64,000 nt of DNA. Origin: Psammoneis japonica. Taxonomy: Eukaryota. The position numbers and the translations under genes are program-made. This document shows, one piece after another, positions 34,343 through 45,334 of this stretch. The stretch covers positions 1-64,000 of the forward strand of contig QPGO01000093.1 in assembly GCA_008632985.1 (NCBI GenBank), in the 5' to 3' direction. Positions within the stretch are counted from its first letter, which is position 1. Every line of letters begins with the position of its first letter. The notes beneath the pieces are model-generated. The model did not search any database. It saw nothing but the letters and a program-made list of their open reading frames with translations, and was not told where the DNA came from.

Positions 34343-36691
34343 TCACACGATGTCTTCATCTTCACTAGCTGGCGGCACCACGAATCCAACAAGTCCCAGC
34401 TTTTGTGTCGCCCAACTGTCCAGTAGCTCCGTAGGAGGTGTAACATGCACTGCTTTGTATGCCCAGAGCACATTGGCAATGGACTGAGCACTTGCGTCTT
34501 GTATCTGTTCCATCAACGCGGCAGAGAGTCTCGAGAATACCTCCCGGTCGCCAATCTTCATTCTACCCATAGCGTACAGGACATTGGAGACCTCTTGTGG
34601 AGAAGGATTCAACGATACAATCTGCCTTGTCAACTCTGAGATGGTCTCTTTGTTATTGTATCCAACTCTCGCTAAGCCCCAAATAATGTTGGCAACCTCC
34701 CGAGATGAAAGACTGGATACCAGCTCCTGTGTTCGGAATACCAAGGGATAGACAATGGAAGGTTCTTTGATATAGAGCCGTCCACAGGTCCATATGGATT
34801 GCGCAACATCGTTTGTCGTTAGTGTTGGTGCTTGCAAAGCCAGGTATCTGGCAAATTCCTTGGCGCATGATACGTAGTGCGGGAGAGTCTTTCTCCGCGA
34901 CTGTTTTCGGAAAATTGTCATTTTGCCGCATGCCCAAAGGCTCTGTGCCACTTGTCTGGCAGTGCACTCTTCCAACCCCAGCGCAACACGTCCCGCCAGG
35001 GCATCAAAAACCATCATATCATCTACATGTGAAGCCCGAGCATAGGCAAACATGATTGCTGAGGCTTCCCTTGGTTCAAATTCCATGGGCCACAAATGCG
35101 CTCCGAATTTATCAAACAACTGGGTGAGAAGATCTTCAACTTCCTGTTCGTACTTCTTTGTATCAGGACCGTCTCGAAATGCGAGGGTAGTGAAGCTTGT
35201 CAGTATCCGCCCGGCGGTCGTTGGTGTGCATTTCCTACACTTGTCCGAATCAAGCAGCTGATGAGCAAGCTCTACCAACACCTCGTGGTCCGTCCAATGA
35301 GTTTGAGTTGCAAAGTAACGAAACCGGCTGATTTCGACACAGTTGCATAGAGAGAGAAATTTATGATCGACATTGGATTCAGGAGCGAATAGAACTCGGG
35401 CAGCGCGAACGTAGGGCGTCATGATGACTTCGTTATCAGGATGAAGAAGCGCAGCAAACAAGAGAATCTCGGCCACACGACGAGGTTCCATTTGCTCTTC
35501 TCCAGCGCAGACCAACTTTCGAAACCGTTCTCCCAATCGTCCGACTGAGTTCGGCTGAGACACGAGGTCCAGTCTAAGCAAGCATGACAAAATTCGCTTA
35601 ACGTCGGTCAATGTAACTCTGTCTTTAGAGGCTATGGTGCTCGCACAGGTATTATGACAGAGTTGTGCCAGAATAGGTTCGGTCGTATTGATTCCAAGAC
35701 TTTGAGCGATATCCAATGCTTTGGTCATTTGTCGTGTCGTAAGTGGCGACTCTTGTCGATCTGCCAAATCACGAAGGACCGTAAAGCACATTACCCTTGC
35801 CTCTTCGCGCATCTTTGAAGTCGCATTTGACGATAGCACTTTTGTGGCTACAAGAGCGCGAAACATATCCGAGTTGGCGGCGTGTTCCCGGACTGATTTC
35901 TTTCGAAGGCGTCGCATAAAGGGTATGGGAGAGACAGGGTGTTGGTCCAGCCTTGAGCAAACATTAAGAATTCGAGAAAGATCATAGGCCTTCAAGGCAC
36001 CCAAGGAGTCACCTCGTCCCAGTCGATCACAGGCAGTTTGTACAAAATCAGAACAATCAGACATCAATCTCAGAGAAGCCATCGTTTCGAGACTCTGAAC
36101 CAATCGTTTCGGTCCTACAGCCTTAATGTAGCGCTCTTGTTGGTCATCAATCAGGTCACACACTTTACTAGCAAGTGGTTTCAGTTTCGGATTGTATCCA
36201 CCAGCAAGTTTTCCAAGCGAAATCAACACATCCGATAAAGCATACACCGTAAGGTTCGTCGTTGTGTTGGGCGCCGTCACAACAGCTGTACCAACATTTT
36301 CCAACAACATGGCCAAAGTGCTTCCACTCTCGATATCAATTTCTGAAAAGCAAATTAAATCAACTGTTTTATGTAGCGCAGCAGCGGCAACATTAGGGCC
36401 CACTCGTGTTTCAGGTTTTGAATTACTCTGCTGAATGCTTCTCTGAGCGTTGCTTACGGAAGGATTTGCCCACAGAGAAAACTCGAGGATGTCGTGAACG
36501 TGGTCGAGGGTCTCGCAACTTCGGAGAGACCAAATGACATCAGCTTCCATTGAAGCGATATCCGCGTCAAAACGATGGGGTTGTCCTAAAGCCGAAAAAG
36601 CCACGCATTTCTGCGCCGACGCCGCAGTCGCGACGAAAAACGCATAGATTATTTTCATGCTGTTAACAGCACTCTGCCTCTTTAGAAACAC
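34343..36691 (-). CDS. Helical-repeat (OPR/FASTK-like) organellar RNA-binding protein
   Basis: Repeated 'Q/RE.(S/A)N..W(A/G)..R' units in the C-terminal half; signal-peptide-like N-terminus 'MKIIYAFFVATAASA'. Confidence 0.7.
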   Translation of the reverse strand: MFLKRQSAVNSMKIIYAFFVATAASAQKCVAFSALGQPHRFDADIASMEADVIWSLRSCETLDHVHDILEFSLWANPSVSNAQRSIQQSNSKPETRVGPNVAAAALHKTVDLICFSEIDIESGSTLAMLLENVGTAVVTAPNTTTNLTVYALSDVLISLGKLAGGYNPKLKPLASKVCDLIDDQQERYIKAVGPKRLVQSLETMASLRLMSDCSDFVQTACDRLGRGDSLGALKAYDLSRILNVCSRLDQHPVSPIPFMRRLRKKSVREHAANSDMFRALVATKVLSSNATSKMREEARVMCFTVLRDLADRQESPLTTRQMTKALDIAQSLGINTTEPILAQLCHNTCASTIASKDRVTLTDVKRILSCLLRLDLVSQPNSVGRLGERFRKLVCAGEEQMEPRRVAEILLFAALLHPDNEVIMTPYVRAARVLFAPESNVDHKFLSLCNCVEISRFRYFATQTHWTDHEVLVELAHQLLDSDKCRKCTPTTAGRILTSFTTLAFRDGPDTKKYEQEVEDLLTQLFDKFGAHLWPMEFEPREASAIMFAYARASHVDDMMVFDALAGRVALGLEECTARQVAQSLWACGKMTIFRKQSRRKTLPHYVSCAKEFARYLALQAPTLTTNDVAQSIWTCGRLYIKEPSIVYPLVFRTQELVSSLSSREVANIIWGLARVGYNNKETISELTRQIVSLNPSPQEVSNVLYAMGRMKIGDREVFSRLSAALMEQIQDASAQSIANVLWAYKAVHVTPPTELLDSWATQKLGLVGFVVPPASEDEDIV

Positions 36692-36999
36692 ACTCTTTAG
36701 TGCCGCATTCTTATGGGGTGGGATCGAATACTTGAAGGATCTCTACTAGAGTTGCTCGGAACGCGGAGATCGATGTGTTGGACGTTGGACGGCGTGTGCG
36801 GTGGGTGGTGAGCCGGAGCATAGGCAGGGCCGGTGAGAATACGGTGCCGGTAGCACGGAAAGACGTGCTGGAAGAGGAAGCAGCAGCGCTGCAAGCAGCG
36901 CAGCAGGACGGCGGCGGTGGTGGTAATGAGATTGGCAGGTAGATGGATGATTCGAAAGAGCCAGGAGCTGGATGGCCCAGGATGGGGGAGCAGAAGAGA

Positions 37000-39030
37000 A
37001 GCAGGAGGACCCAAAGCAGATGGGAGACACACACAAATTGCCAAATTCTTTGGAGACAATCAACCCGCGCCAGCGGGAAAATCAAAAAAGACACTCCTGT
37101 GCGACTGTTGACCCAACGATCATCTCCACTTGGCACGTGGGGTTGGCTTTTCAGTTCAGCACATGTTTGACTTAAAAGCTGAGTTTTGCAAACATGTCAA
37201 GAACTGTTGGACTCATGTCATCTTGAGAAGAGCTTTGCACCAGCCGCGCACACAGAGGTTGTTGTGAGGAGGTCTGTTCAAGGGGGCACCCTCCAAATGA
37301 AATGAGTGGCAGCACTCTTTTTAGAATGGGTGCTGACGGAAGCTCCATCACTCTGCCCTGGCCTTCAGAGAGTGGCTGCTCATCACAAACCACCACTCTT
37401 GGGTGGCTCCCATTGTTTGAGACCCAGCAGGTCAAGTTGCGTGTGGCAGCAGCAGGGCAGGGTGAGGAGAGACAGCCCCCAGATGGCAGGTGTTTTGGCT
37501 GTTCTTGCGAAAAAAGGCATCTTCAGCTGCTGTCAAGATGCTGGCAATGAAATTTTGGTGATGTGTTGACTTCATTCTTGCCAACAAGTCTTTTGTCACT
37601 TTTGACCTTTTCTTGCACTTCTGGTGCCTCCTTGGCAGCATTGAGCATCAACTTTGTGACTGTCCTTTCTTTTCATCCACAGCATGCTGTCTCTGCCACC
37701 ACTGATGTTGCCCCATCCATCTAGCCACCTGCCTGGCTGTCTGGCAGCAGCCTGTTTTGTGTGTGAGCACCAAGTTTTTGAGCAAGAACTGGGTGTCTCC
37801 TGAGCCAGCACCTTCACAACCATCACATCTGCTCCCCCCTTCATCCTTCACCCACGCCAGTGTGCTGCACCATGCAGCAGTCAATTGGCCAAGATCAAAA
37901 GCAGAACAAGAAAGGGCTCAACAAAGAGCGGTTGCTCAAGAGCAGCTGTTTGCTGCTGCTCATGTCATCCTTCAGCTGAGAGCAAGGGTGGCAAGTGGGA
38001 GGCATTGAAAGCAACTGCTGCAAAGGCAAAAGACGCTCTCCACATCAAGAGGTCATCCCCAAGGGTGTGTGCAAATCAAAGCTGTCTGTGGAGGAAAGCA
38101 GCATCCTTCCACCTCCCACAAAACGTTCTGACAAGAGGAAGTCATTTGAGAGTTTTTTGCCTTTCAAGTGCAAAAGACAAGCTCTCAACATTGGCCACTG
38201 GAATGTTGTCAGAGCACTTGTTTGTTGAGTTTTGTTGGATTCCCTGGTCCTGTGCATCTTTTGTTTTACAAACCATTGCAGCAATTTCCACCTCACAAGA
38301 AAATGCTGTGCTTTGTGAAGAGTGGCTTGTTGTTCACACAGCATGTTGAGACACATGCTCTCTTTTGCTGCTTTGCAATGACTGGCCCATCTCATTTGAA
38401 GTTGTGCATGCTGGGAAAAGCAGGCAACAATGTGAAAATCTTCTCCACATTTCTTGGTCACATTGTCATCATCATGGTCTTCACATGGTTGCCAACTCAT
38501 TTCACACACACCAACTTAAGCTCTCAAGCACCTTGGAGAGCCATCTTTTCCACATTTGATTTAAAAGAAGGCAACCTTGAAACAAAAACCCAAATTTCAG
38601 AACTCTTGCAAGCACATGGATGCAGTTGCAAATGATTTCCATGAGCATGAGATGCTGTTCTGGAACTTCACCTCTCAAGCACCAACTGCTCAAAATCACA
38701 GCACCGCTCAACACAGTCCTGTGCAGCTGCAAATTTGCAATGCTCTCATCACTGCTGCTGTGAATGTTGGAGCCCCACAAGTCCCCTGCCACTGATCAAC
38801 ACAAAGAGGCTCAACATTGATGCGTGTCAAGCAGAAGCTCAAATCTGCAGGAAAGAGAAAATGCTTTGCAGCAGTTCCCAAGCAATTTTGGCCAGCACAC
38901 ATGGCCCCAATGCCCAATCACCCACTCCCAAAACAAAATGCTGATGGCCTGGATCAACCATCCCAGGAAATTTGAAAACCCCAATCGAACCTTTGCCACG
39001 CCCACCTGCACATTCATTCCGGGCCGGGGT
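37000..39030 (+). mobile_element. Degenerate DNA-transposon relic, possibly piggyBac-like
   Basis: TpA/CpG-depleted; fragments 'FEVVHAGK' and 'SCKHMDAVAND' resemble piggyBac FEVY.GK and Y.KYM.AVD..D once Tyr is restored. No convincing terminal repeats. Confidence 0.35.
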
Positions 39031-39264
39031 TAGAACCAGAAGACCAAACACAGCGCCCTTCGATGTCCTAGCGCGCGACAGGTGGTGGGACGAGATGCGA
39101 TGGCGTGCCTAATCGAATGTTTCGGAAGCAGGAAATACAGTGTGTGAATTCATTTGGAATCGACTACTAGTGTGATAGTCGTAATTGCCTCGGGTACATG
39201 TTGATATCCTGTATAAACATTTTCTGAGTCTCACAGCGTACTAGCTACTAGATTCAGTCCTTCA

Positions 39265-41194
39265 CTACTTAAGATCCACAGGTAGTCCCATCTTTTCTAG
39301 TCGATCTTCAAGCGCCGTTCTTTGTTTCATGCCGTACTTCTTTTCGTCTCCAGGCAACACTTGTCCAAGCGTGCTTCCTTCGGCCCGGTCCAAATTCTCC
39401 GCATCCAAGCCCTGTTGCATGATTTGCTTTTCAAGCGCCGCAATTGTCCTCTTCAACAGGCGTTTTTCATTCCGTCGGTGTCTTACTGCCATGCGTTGAT
39501 TGTAACTCAATAGACGAAAGAGGCCCTTGTCTTTAATAATAGCGGCATCGTCGGCTTCCTTTTGAGGGTATTGGCGCAATTGACGGCGGACAGCTTGAAC
39601 AACCGATTTCAATACGGCAGCCTCATTGGCGGCCGAAATAGGACGTCGGAAATCGAATTCCATCAGTGGCTTGCCCCTAAATCAAGGAAGGCGACGGATC
39701 AATATGAGAGCATTGATCCACGCGAGCAACAGTAACAGTATTATGAGTGTTGGGGTACGTACCGAGTATCTTCTGGTGAAATTTGCATCAGACGGAGATA
39801 TTCCAACATTTCGATTGGATAACGATCTGCGTAGCAAGGAAAGTCTACCGTGTTTTCTCTCCTGACTTCCTTCAGGAATTCGAGTTTCTCCTCCGCCAAA
39901 GGGTCCACCGGTACATTTTCATCTGCGAGAGCCTTGACAAAAGAAGCAGTTCGAGGAGCAATAGAGACGGTCACATCCACGGAATTGTAAGGATTCCGTT
40001 CCACCGCAAAGCCGTAAAGAAGCAGCAGGTCTGCGTTTGACTTTGGTCCATACGATATGTAGATTTGTTCCATGCGACGGTATCCACGATCGGCATACAA
40101 AATGATTTCCTCTTCTCCCGTTTTAAAGAGCCAATCTCCGGATTCACGAGCATCAATATATGCGCCAGAAAAGGGTGAGTGGTTAATGAGATCAGCATAG
40201 GGAACCATCGCAAGGGCCTCTCCCTGTTTCAGACTCCGAAGTCGAATCGCTCTCGAAAACAACATTGTGAATGCCCAAACCCAATTCTCATACGTGAAAT
40301 GCTACAACAGCAAACAGAAAAAGGGAGAGAAATGTTAACCCCATATATAATGATGGCGCAGGATTCAGCGAAACAATCGTCGAAACCTACTTCTTTCGGG
40401 AAGCGATCCGGGAATTTGCTAATCAATCCATCTTCTCCGCCGAGAAGCATTTCATATTCACTTTTAAGTTTCATTTGAAGACTTTTGGTGGCTGCCACCA
40501 CTGGAGAACCCTCGAGAAAGGCCAAGTCGTCATCATTCCACGTAAAGGTGGGATTGACTTCGTCCACCTCTGGCAAGACGTCCATGTAAGGCTTGTAATA
40601 GGACTTGTCGCCCATGACGTATCTTTCATGAATCAACTGACAGGCAATCGCAAGATACTCATTGATTTCTCTGGGAAGAGCATCCTTGCCCAACGCCTTG
40701 CGTGCCGACTTTTTCGTCATGCACAATTTGAGAGGAATCTTGAGCAATTCATCACCATCATTAATGTCACGACGCGCCAACAAACCACGTCCTGAAGATT
40801 CATTGGTAATTTCATCACGAGTCTCGGTTGAAATCGCCATTGGGTGTGGGGCTTCACCCCACGAGGACGCTTCCGACAAGTAAACGTCGCCCTCTTCTTC
40901 CAGCCACTTCGTCAGGCGGGCATTGGCACTCAACTTTGTATTTGCGTTTCCACCGTCGCTGCTCCCCAAGAGGCCTTTCATTTTCATTTCCTTTTCAAAT
41001 TCGCCGGGAATAATTCCAGTGCTTTCTTCTAAGGCTTTGGACCATTCCGAATCTCCACCCTCTCCACCCGCCATAAAGAGCCTCTTACCAGCAGGTCGGC
41101 ACGATGAAGGACACACAAAGGAATCAACCTCTAAAATCCATGGCGCCAACAAGACGATTCTCGGGAATGACACCATCGTTAAACACGGCTTCAA
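39265..41194 (-). CDS. SET-domain lysine methyltransferase, Rubisco LSMT-like
   Basis: 'SGRGLLARRDI..G..LLKIP', 'MVPYADLINH', 'EQIYISYGPKSNADLLLLYGF', substrate-binding C-terminus; introns ~40300-40390 and ~39680-39760. Confidence 0.9.
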
Positions 41195-41519
41195 TACGTA
41201 TCAGCTTGACTCGGTTCGTGCTTCCGAATGGACGCAATATTAACAACATCGAAGCTTACAACACAGCGTCGAGTGCATTGAGCATGTTGCAGCGCAAAGA
41301 GAAAAAAGATGAAAGAACGGTGGCCGCTGACGGAGGGAACGCAAGTTGAAGCTGACGTCACCATGGCATGGTAAGTCCGTCCGTCGTACGGTATTCACTA
41401 TGCATGATCGCGGCGGGAAGCGGGCAGACCGAAAAAGCTAAACCCAAAATAAAACTTCGCAAACTCTTGGTCCAACAATAACCGACCAACAAAAGTCATA
41501 CGGTGAAAGCTTTCCATAT

Positions 41520-42401
41520 TTACCGCCACCAGGCATTCACGCTGATACTACTTTCCACTGTGCGAACAAAATGGAACCATTTCTTTGGGATGTACAAGAG
41601 GTCGCCGGGAATCAGTGTGCATTCCTTTGCTGGTGATACATTCGCCAACAGTGGGTATCGTTTCAGGTCGGGTGGCTCTTCTGGATTGATTTGAGAAGTA
41701 TTCTTTTGATTTCCATCGTAGCCTGCGTACAGGGATTCGTCCGGAGGGTAAAGGAGACAACGCTTGGTCCCGACGAACTGCATCAAAGCATTGTCCAACG
41801 GATCAGTGTGCAGAGGCGAGACGCACCCATAAGGACCTATCCAAATCATTGTGCTGTAAAGCTTTCCTTCTCCCACACTAAGGCTTGAGTCTTTGCAAAA
41901 GTCTGGCACGGAGAAGTCTGCGTGGAGTTCTTCAAACACATCATTCTGGGCCAGATACACCAGCTCGTCACTCGGAGGAGGCTGGGGTCCAGTTCTGCCA
42001 TGACGTTCTTCAAAAAATTGCAAATACGAAAGAAAGTCTCCAAACCGTATGTCGGATCGTTGGGATTTGGCGTAATTCCCTCCCACTTCCACATGGCAAA
42101 CTTTGTCTTCTCCAACGGTTTCTTGCAAGTAAGACAAATCGTTCCACTTGTGCGTTGCCTCTGCTGCAGCAACTGCACCTCTCAGGACCACTGGTTGTTG
42201 CGCGTCAAAATAGGGACGCACTGTCTCTGATATTTCAAGCTGAGTCCACAATCCTTTGGAGCTCGTCTCCTCTTGGATTGGAACGAACGGCATGGCATCG
42301 ACAGAAGAGAAAGATCTTGTAGAACAGCACTGAATTTTGGTTTCCACGTTTATTTTCTCAACTTTAGGTAGCATGCGTAGCATAACTCGTACGACTGACA
42401 T
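41520..42401 (-). CDS. JmjC-domain (JMJD5-like) 2-oxoglutarate/Fe oxygenase
   Basis: 'YLAQ', 'WIGP.G.VSPLHTDP.DN..Q.VGTK', 'PGDLLYIPKKWFHFV......SVN.WW'. Confidence 0.9.
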   Translation of the reverse strand: MSVVRVMLRMLPKVEKINVETKIQCCSTRSFSSVDAMPFVPIQEETSSKGLWTQLEISETVRPYFDAQQPVVLRGAVAAAEATHKWNDLSYLQETVGEDKVCHVEVGGNYAKSQRSDIRFGDFLSYLQFFEERHGRTGPQPPPSDELVYLAQNDVFEELHADFSVPDFCKDSSLSVGEGKLYSTMIWIGPYGCVSPLHTDPLDNALMQFVGTKRCLLYPPDESLYAGYDGNQKNTSQINPEEPPDLKRYPLLANVSPAKECTLIPGDLLYIPKKWFHFVRTVESSISVNAWWR

Positions 42402-42762
42402 CGTGGATCCGTTCAGTGCCTGTTTTGTTGTGGAATAATACGCAGCTTATTGTGTTTGTTGTGATGGTTGTGTTGCTTCGAGATAAAGATCGAGAACGCA
42501 AGGAGAATGTGCCGATTTTTGGATTTTTCCCGCGCGTCCGTCCGTTTGTCGCACTCCCGCGCCGCTATCGATTCGCGATTCCGCGATGACGCATGTTTTG
42601 ACTTGTCGTCACATTTTTTTTGACAACTCGCTCAGCTTGTTCGACCGTGTCACAAGTCACAATGGTAGCAATGATGCCCTTATTCCGATTCTCTCGGTTG
42701 TGCTCTGTGGTTTCAGTGACTTTGTGGATTTTAACTCTAGACAGTCTCATTCTTGAACAATC

Positions 42763-43640
42763 TATGCCGCGCATCTCAGCCATTTCTCGCGTCTGGGTGA
42801 ACGGAAGGACCCTGGTCACTGCGAAATTCGGATGCAGCGCTTTTGTGAAAGGTTGGTAAACAGAAGACGACTTTGTTTGCTATCTAAGCTTTATGATTCC
42901 CTATTTTTTCTCATTTTTGTGTCTTTGTAATTCTTTTCGCGGCTGGCATGTTAGTCCCCGCGAGATCTTCACGGCTCGGTGCGCCCAAGTTTGAGGTAGA
43001 GCATTTCTCGACGGCCAACCCACAAGGCGAAGCACCGATTCCCGACTATCCCACGACATCCGAGGGGTTTGTTCCCCGCTACGAAGGTCCAGCGTTGGAG
43101 GACATGACCGAGGAACAGCGAAAGATTCGTGACGCAATTGTTGCCACTCGAAAACGCACTGGACTGTCCGGTCCGTTTGGACCTTGGTTGGCAGTTCCTG
43201 ATATCGCGGAACCAGCTCAAGCGTTAGGACGCGCATGCCGCTACGGTACATCTCTTTCATTTCGTGAATCAGAACTGGTCATTCTCTTGACTGGAGCAAA
43301 AACAAAGTCTCATTCAGAATTTGATATTCATCAAGGAGAGGCGCTCCGGGCTGGTTTGTCGCTAGAGATTATCCAATCCATTCCTCGTGATGACGCCTTT
43401 AGTCTAGACGCAGTGATGAGAAATGTTGTACCCCTTCTGGCCAACAGGCGAGAAGTCGCAATGGCAATTTTTGCCTCTGAGCTCTTGGACACGTACACAG
43501 TGTCGGACGAAACGTACTACGCAATGAGAGAAGCATTAGGAGGGGAAGATTCGGTACTGGTTGAGATCACAAGCATCGTTGGCTACTACACTTACGTTTC
43601 ATATACTCTCAATGCTTTTCAGATCCCTTCTAAAAAGTAA
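42763..43640 (+). CDS. Carboxymuconolactone-decarboxylase/AhpD-like protein
   Basis: 'GPFGPWL..P', 'RESELVIL......SEFDIH..EA..AGL', 'LVEITSIVGYY'; probable first exon 42763-42851 (uncertain). Confidence 0.8.
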
Positions 43641-43728
43641 AGCATTGCGTCACGTGGCATAAACCAATCTCTCTATTGTTCATCACGACGTACATGCCAT
43701 TTCTCGTAGTCGTTCTTGTTCTCCTTTC

Positions 43729-44527
43729 TCAGCCATCGGCGATCTCTGTTTCGGTATAAGGAGTAGAGAAGGTTTTCATATCATCACAACTTTGTTCACA
43801 AAGTTGCTTTGATACTATCATTGCCATATCTTTTGCAGACTCCGCTTTCAAATCCAGCTCCACTTCTCGAAAGCATTTGGCATAGTTGCACTGCTCAAAA
43901 CCCAAACTCCCAAATAGATTTCTGGATGCAGTATTTTCTTCCTTGATTTTACAGTAAAATCGTCTAATTCCCAACGCTTTGGCCCCGTACATCATCATCA
44001 AACAGGATGCTTCTCGTCCCATACCTTGCCCGCGGACACGTTCCTCTGCAATCATAATATCAAGTTCCGCCTGCGTTTTGTCTTCTTTATCCGTCTCATC
44101 GTCGCTGCAAGGCTCGTCATCATGGTCACCTTCTTCAACTGACAAAAATAGATTTACATCTCCAACCATGGCGCTCAAATTTTGTACAACATAGCTCTCG
44201 GCTGTGGCTTGTTCAAACTCGCTACATTTTTGTTTCTCCAACACGATAAAGGTGCACTTTTCTGGATCATCTCTCCAAGAATGTTGCATTTCAATTTCTT
44301 CCTCTAGACTCAATGGCTCTGATCCAGTACTTTCCAATAGAAACGGGTCCTTCATCCATTCATGGTATTTGTCGACATGCTCCGGTCCTTGAGAAAATCA
44401 AGAATGCAGCAATGTGAGCATAAGATTGGCTGATGAATTGCATTCCACTCCAACGCTGAAAGAACTCACGATATGGAACAAGAATGCACTTGTTTCCAAC
44501 AATGCACGTTTCGTAGTTGTCCCTCAT
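43729..44527 (-). CDS. NAT9: NAT9-like GNAT N-acetyltransferase
   Basis: 'ILVPY|..HVDKYHEWMKDP.L...TGSEPLSLEEE.EMQ.SW..D..KCTFI', 'MVGDVNLF', 'AELDIMIAE..RG.G.G'; intron ~44390-44469. Confidence 0.85.
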
Positions 44528-44636
44528 CCAGGAAAAGCCGCCCCCTTCGAATCTGGTTGTCTTGTCGTTGTCGTCGGTGCTTTGGAATGAAAGGTGCGCG
44601 TGCGATGAGAACGGAAACGAAGCGATGCCGCCAGCA

Positions 44637-44831
44637 AGTTGACGTCTGTCAATCTACCTGTCGACTGCGCGTGATCGCGCGCTTCAATTTTCAAATTCCG
44701 CCATCAAAACTCTGCTCGATGTTGCAGTCATAATTTTCAGTCAACGACTTTTGCAACAACAACAGCTACTAGTTTACAACCTTGAGCATCAGCTCTTTCG
44801 ATATCTACAGTTATACATCGGTGTAACAAGT
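44637..44831 (+). repeat. Copia 5' LTR
   Basis: Matches 51861-52055 with 4 transitions (44649, 44681, 44721, 44823). Confidence 0.95.
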
Positions 44832-45334
44832 GGTCATCGAGCCCAAACGTAGTGTGCAGAGTCTTTGACCGGAGCTGCACCGATCCACCGCGTTCTCGTC
44901 GAACGCGACAGTCATCTCAAGCCGTCGATCGTCCGTTTCAAACGGAATCGCCGTTCATCGATTCGACAGACGTCTCCAGTCTATCGACGTCGATGCTACG
45001 TACAGCTGAGCCTCCCTCCTTCGTCGACAGGCTCGTGCGCATTTTCCCGCCACCGGAGCCGATCCACGGAGCCGGAATCATCATCGTCAAGCGTCGTCAT
45101 TTTTGGCCGTTGCGACACCAAACCCGGATTGAGTCGTTTCGAACTCTCCGAGTCTATACCAAGTCAAGACCTGCCTCTCACGCTATTCGACGACGACACT
45201 CTCGTTGCCGATTGATTGTTGAGCTTCTGTGGCAGTCTCCCAACGACACGGCATCAAGAACTTCATTTTGCCGTTTGTGTTTCAAACTCTACGTAGCTTC
45301 AGTGCCAAGTTCTACGCATTGATTCAGATCCACC

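Noticed and set aside
37105..39035. piggyBac TTAA-CCC...GGG-TTAA termini (ttgaccc at ~37107, gggttag at ~39028)
   Set aside because: The sequences inside the two ends are not reverse complements, so the boundaries are unsupported.
39265..44527. Functional cluster of modifying enzymes (SET, JmjC, AhpD-like, NAT9) responsible for the mutation pattern
   Set aside because: These are ordinary unrelated housekeeping families. No deaminase, DNA methyltransferase or polymerase gene is visible in the window.
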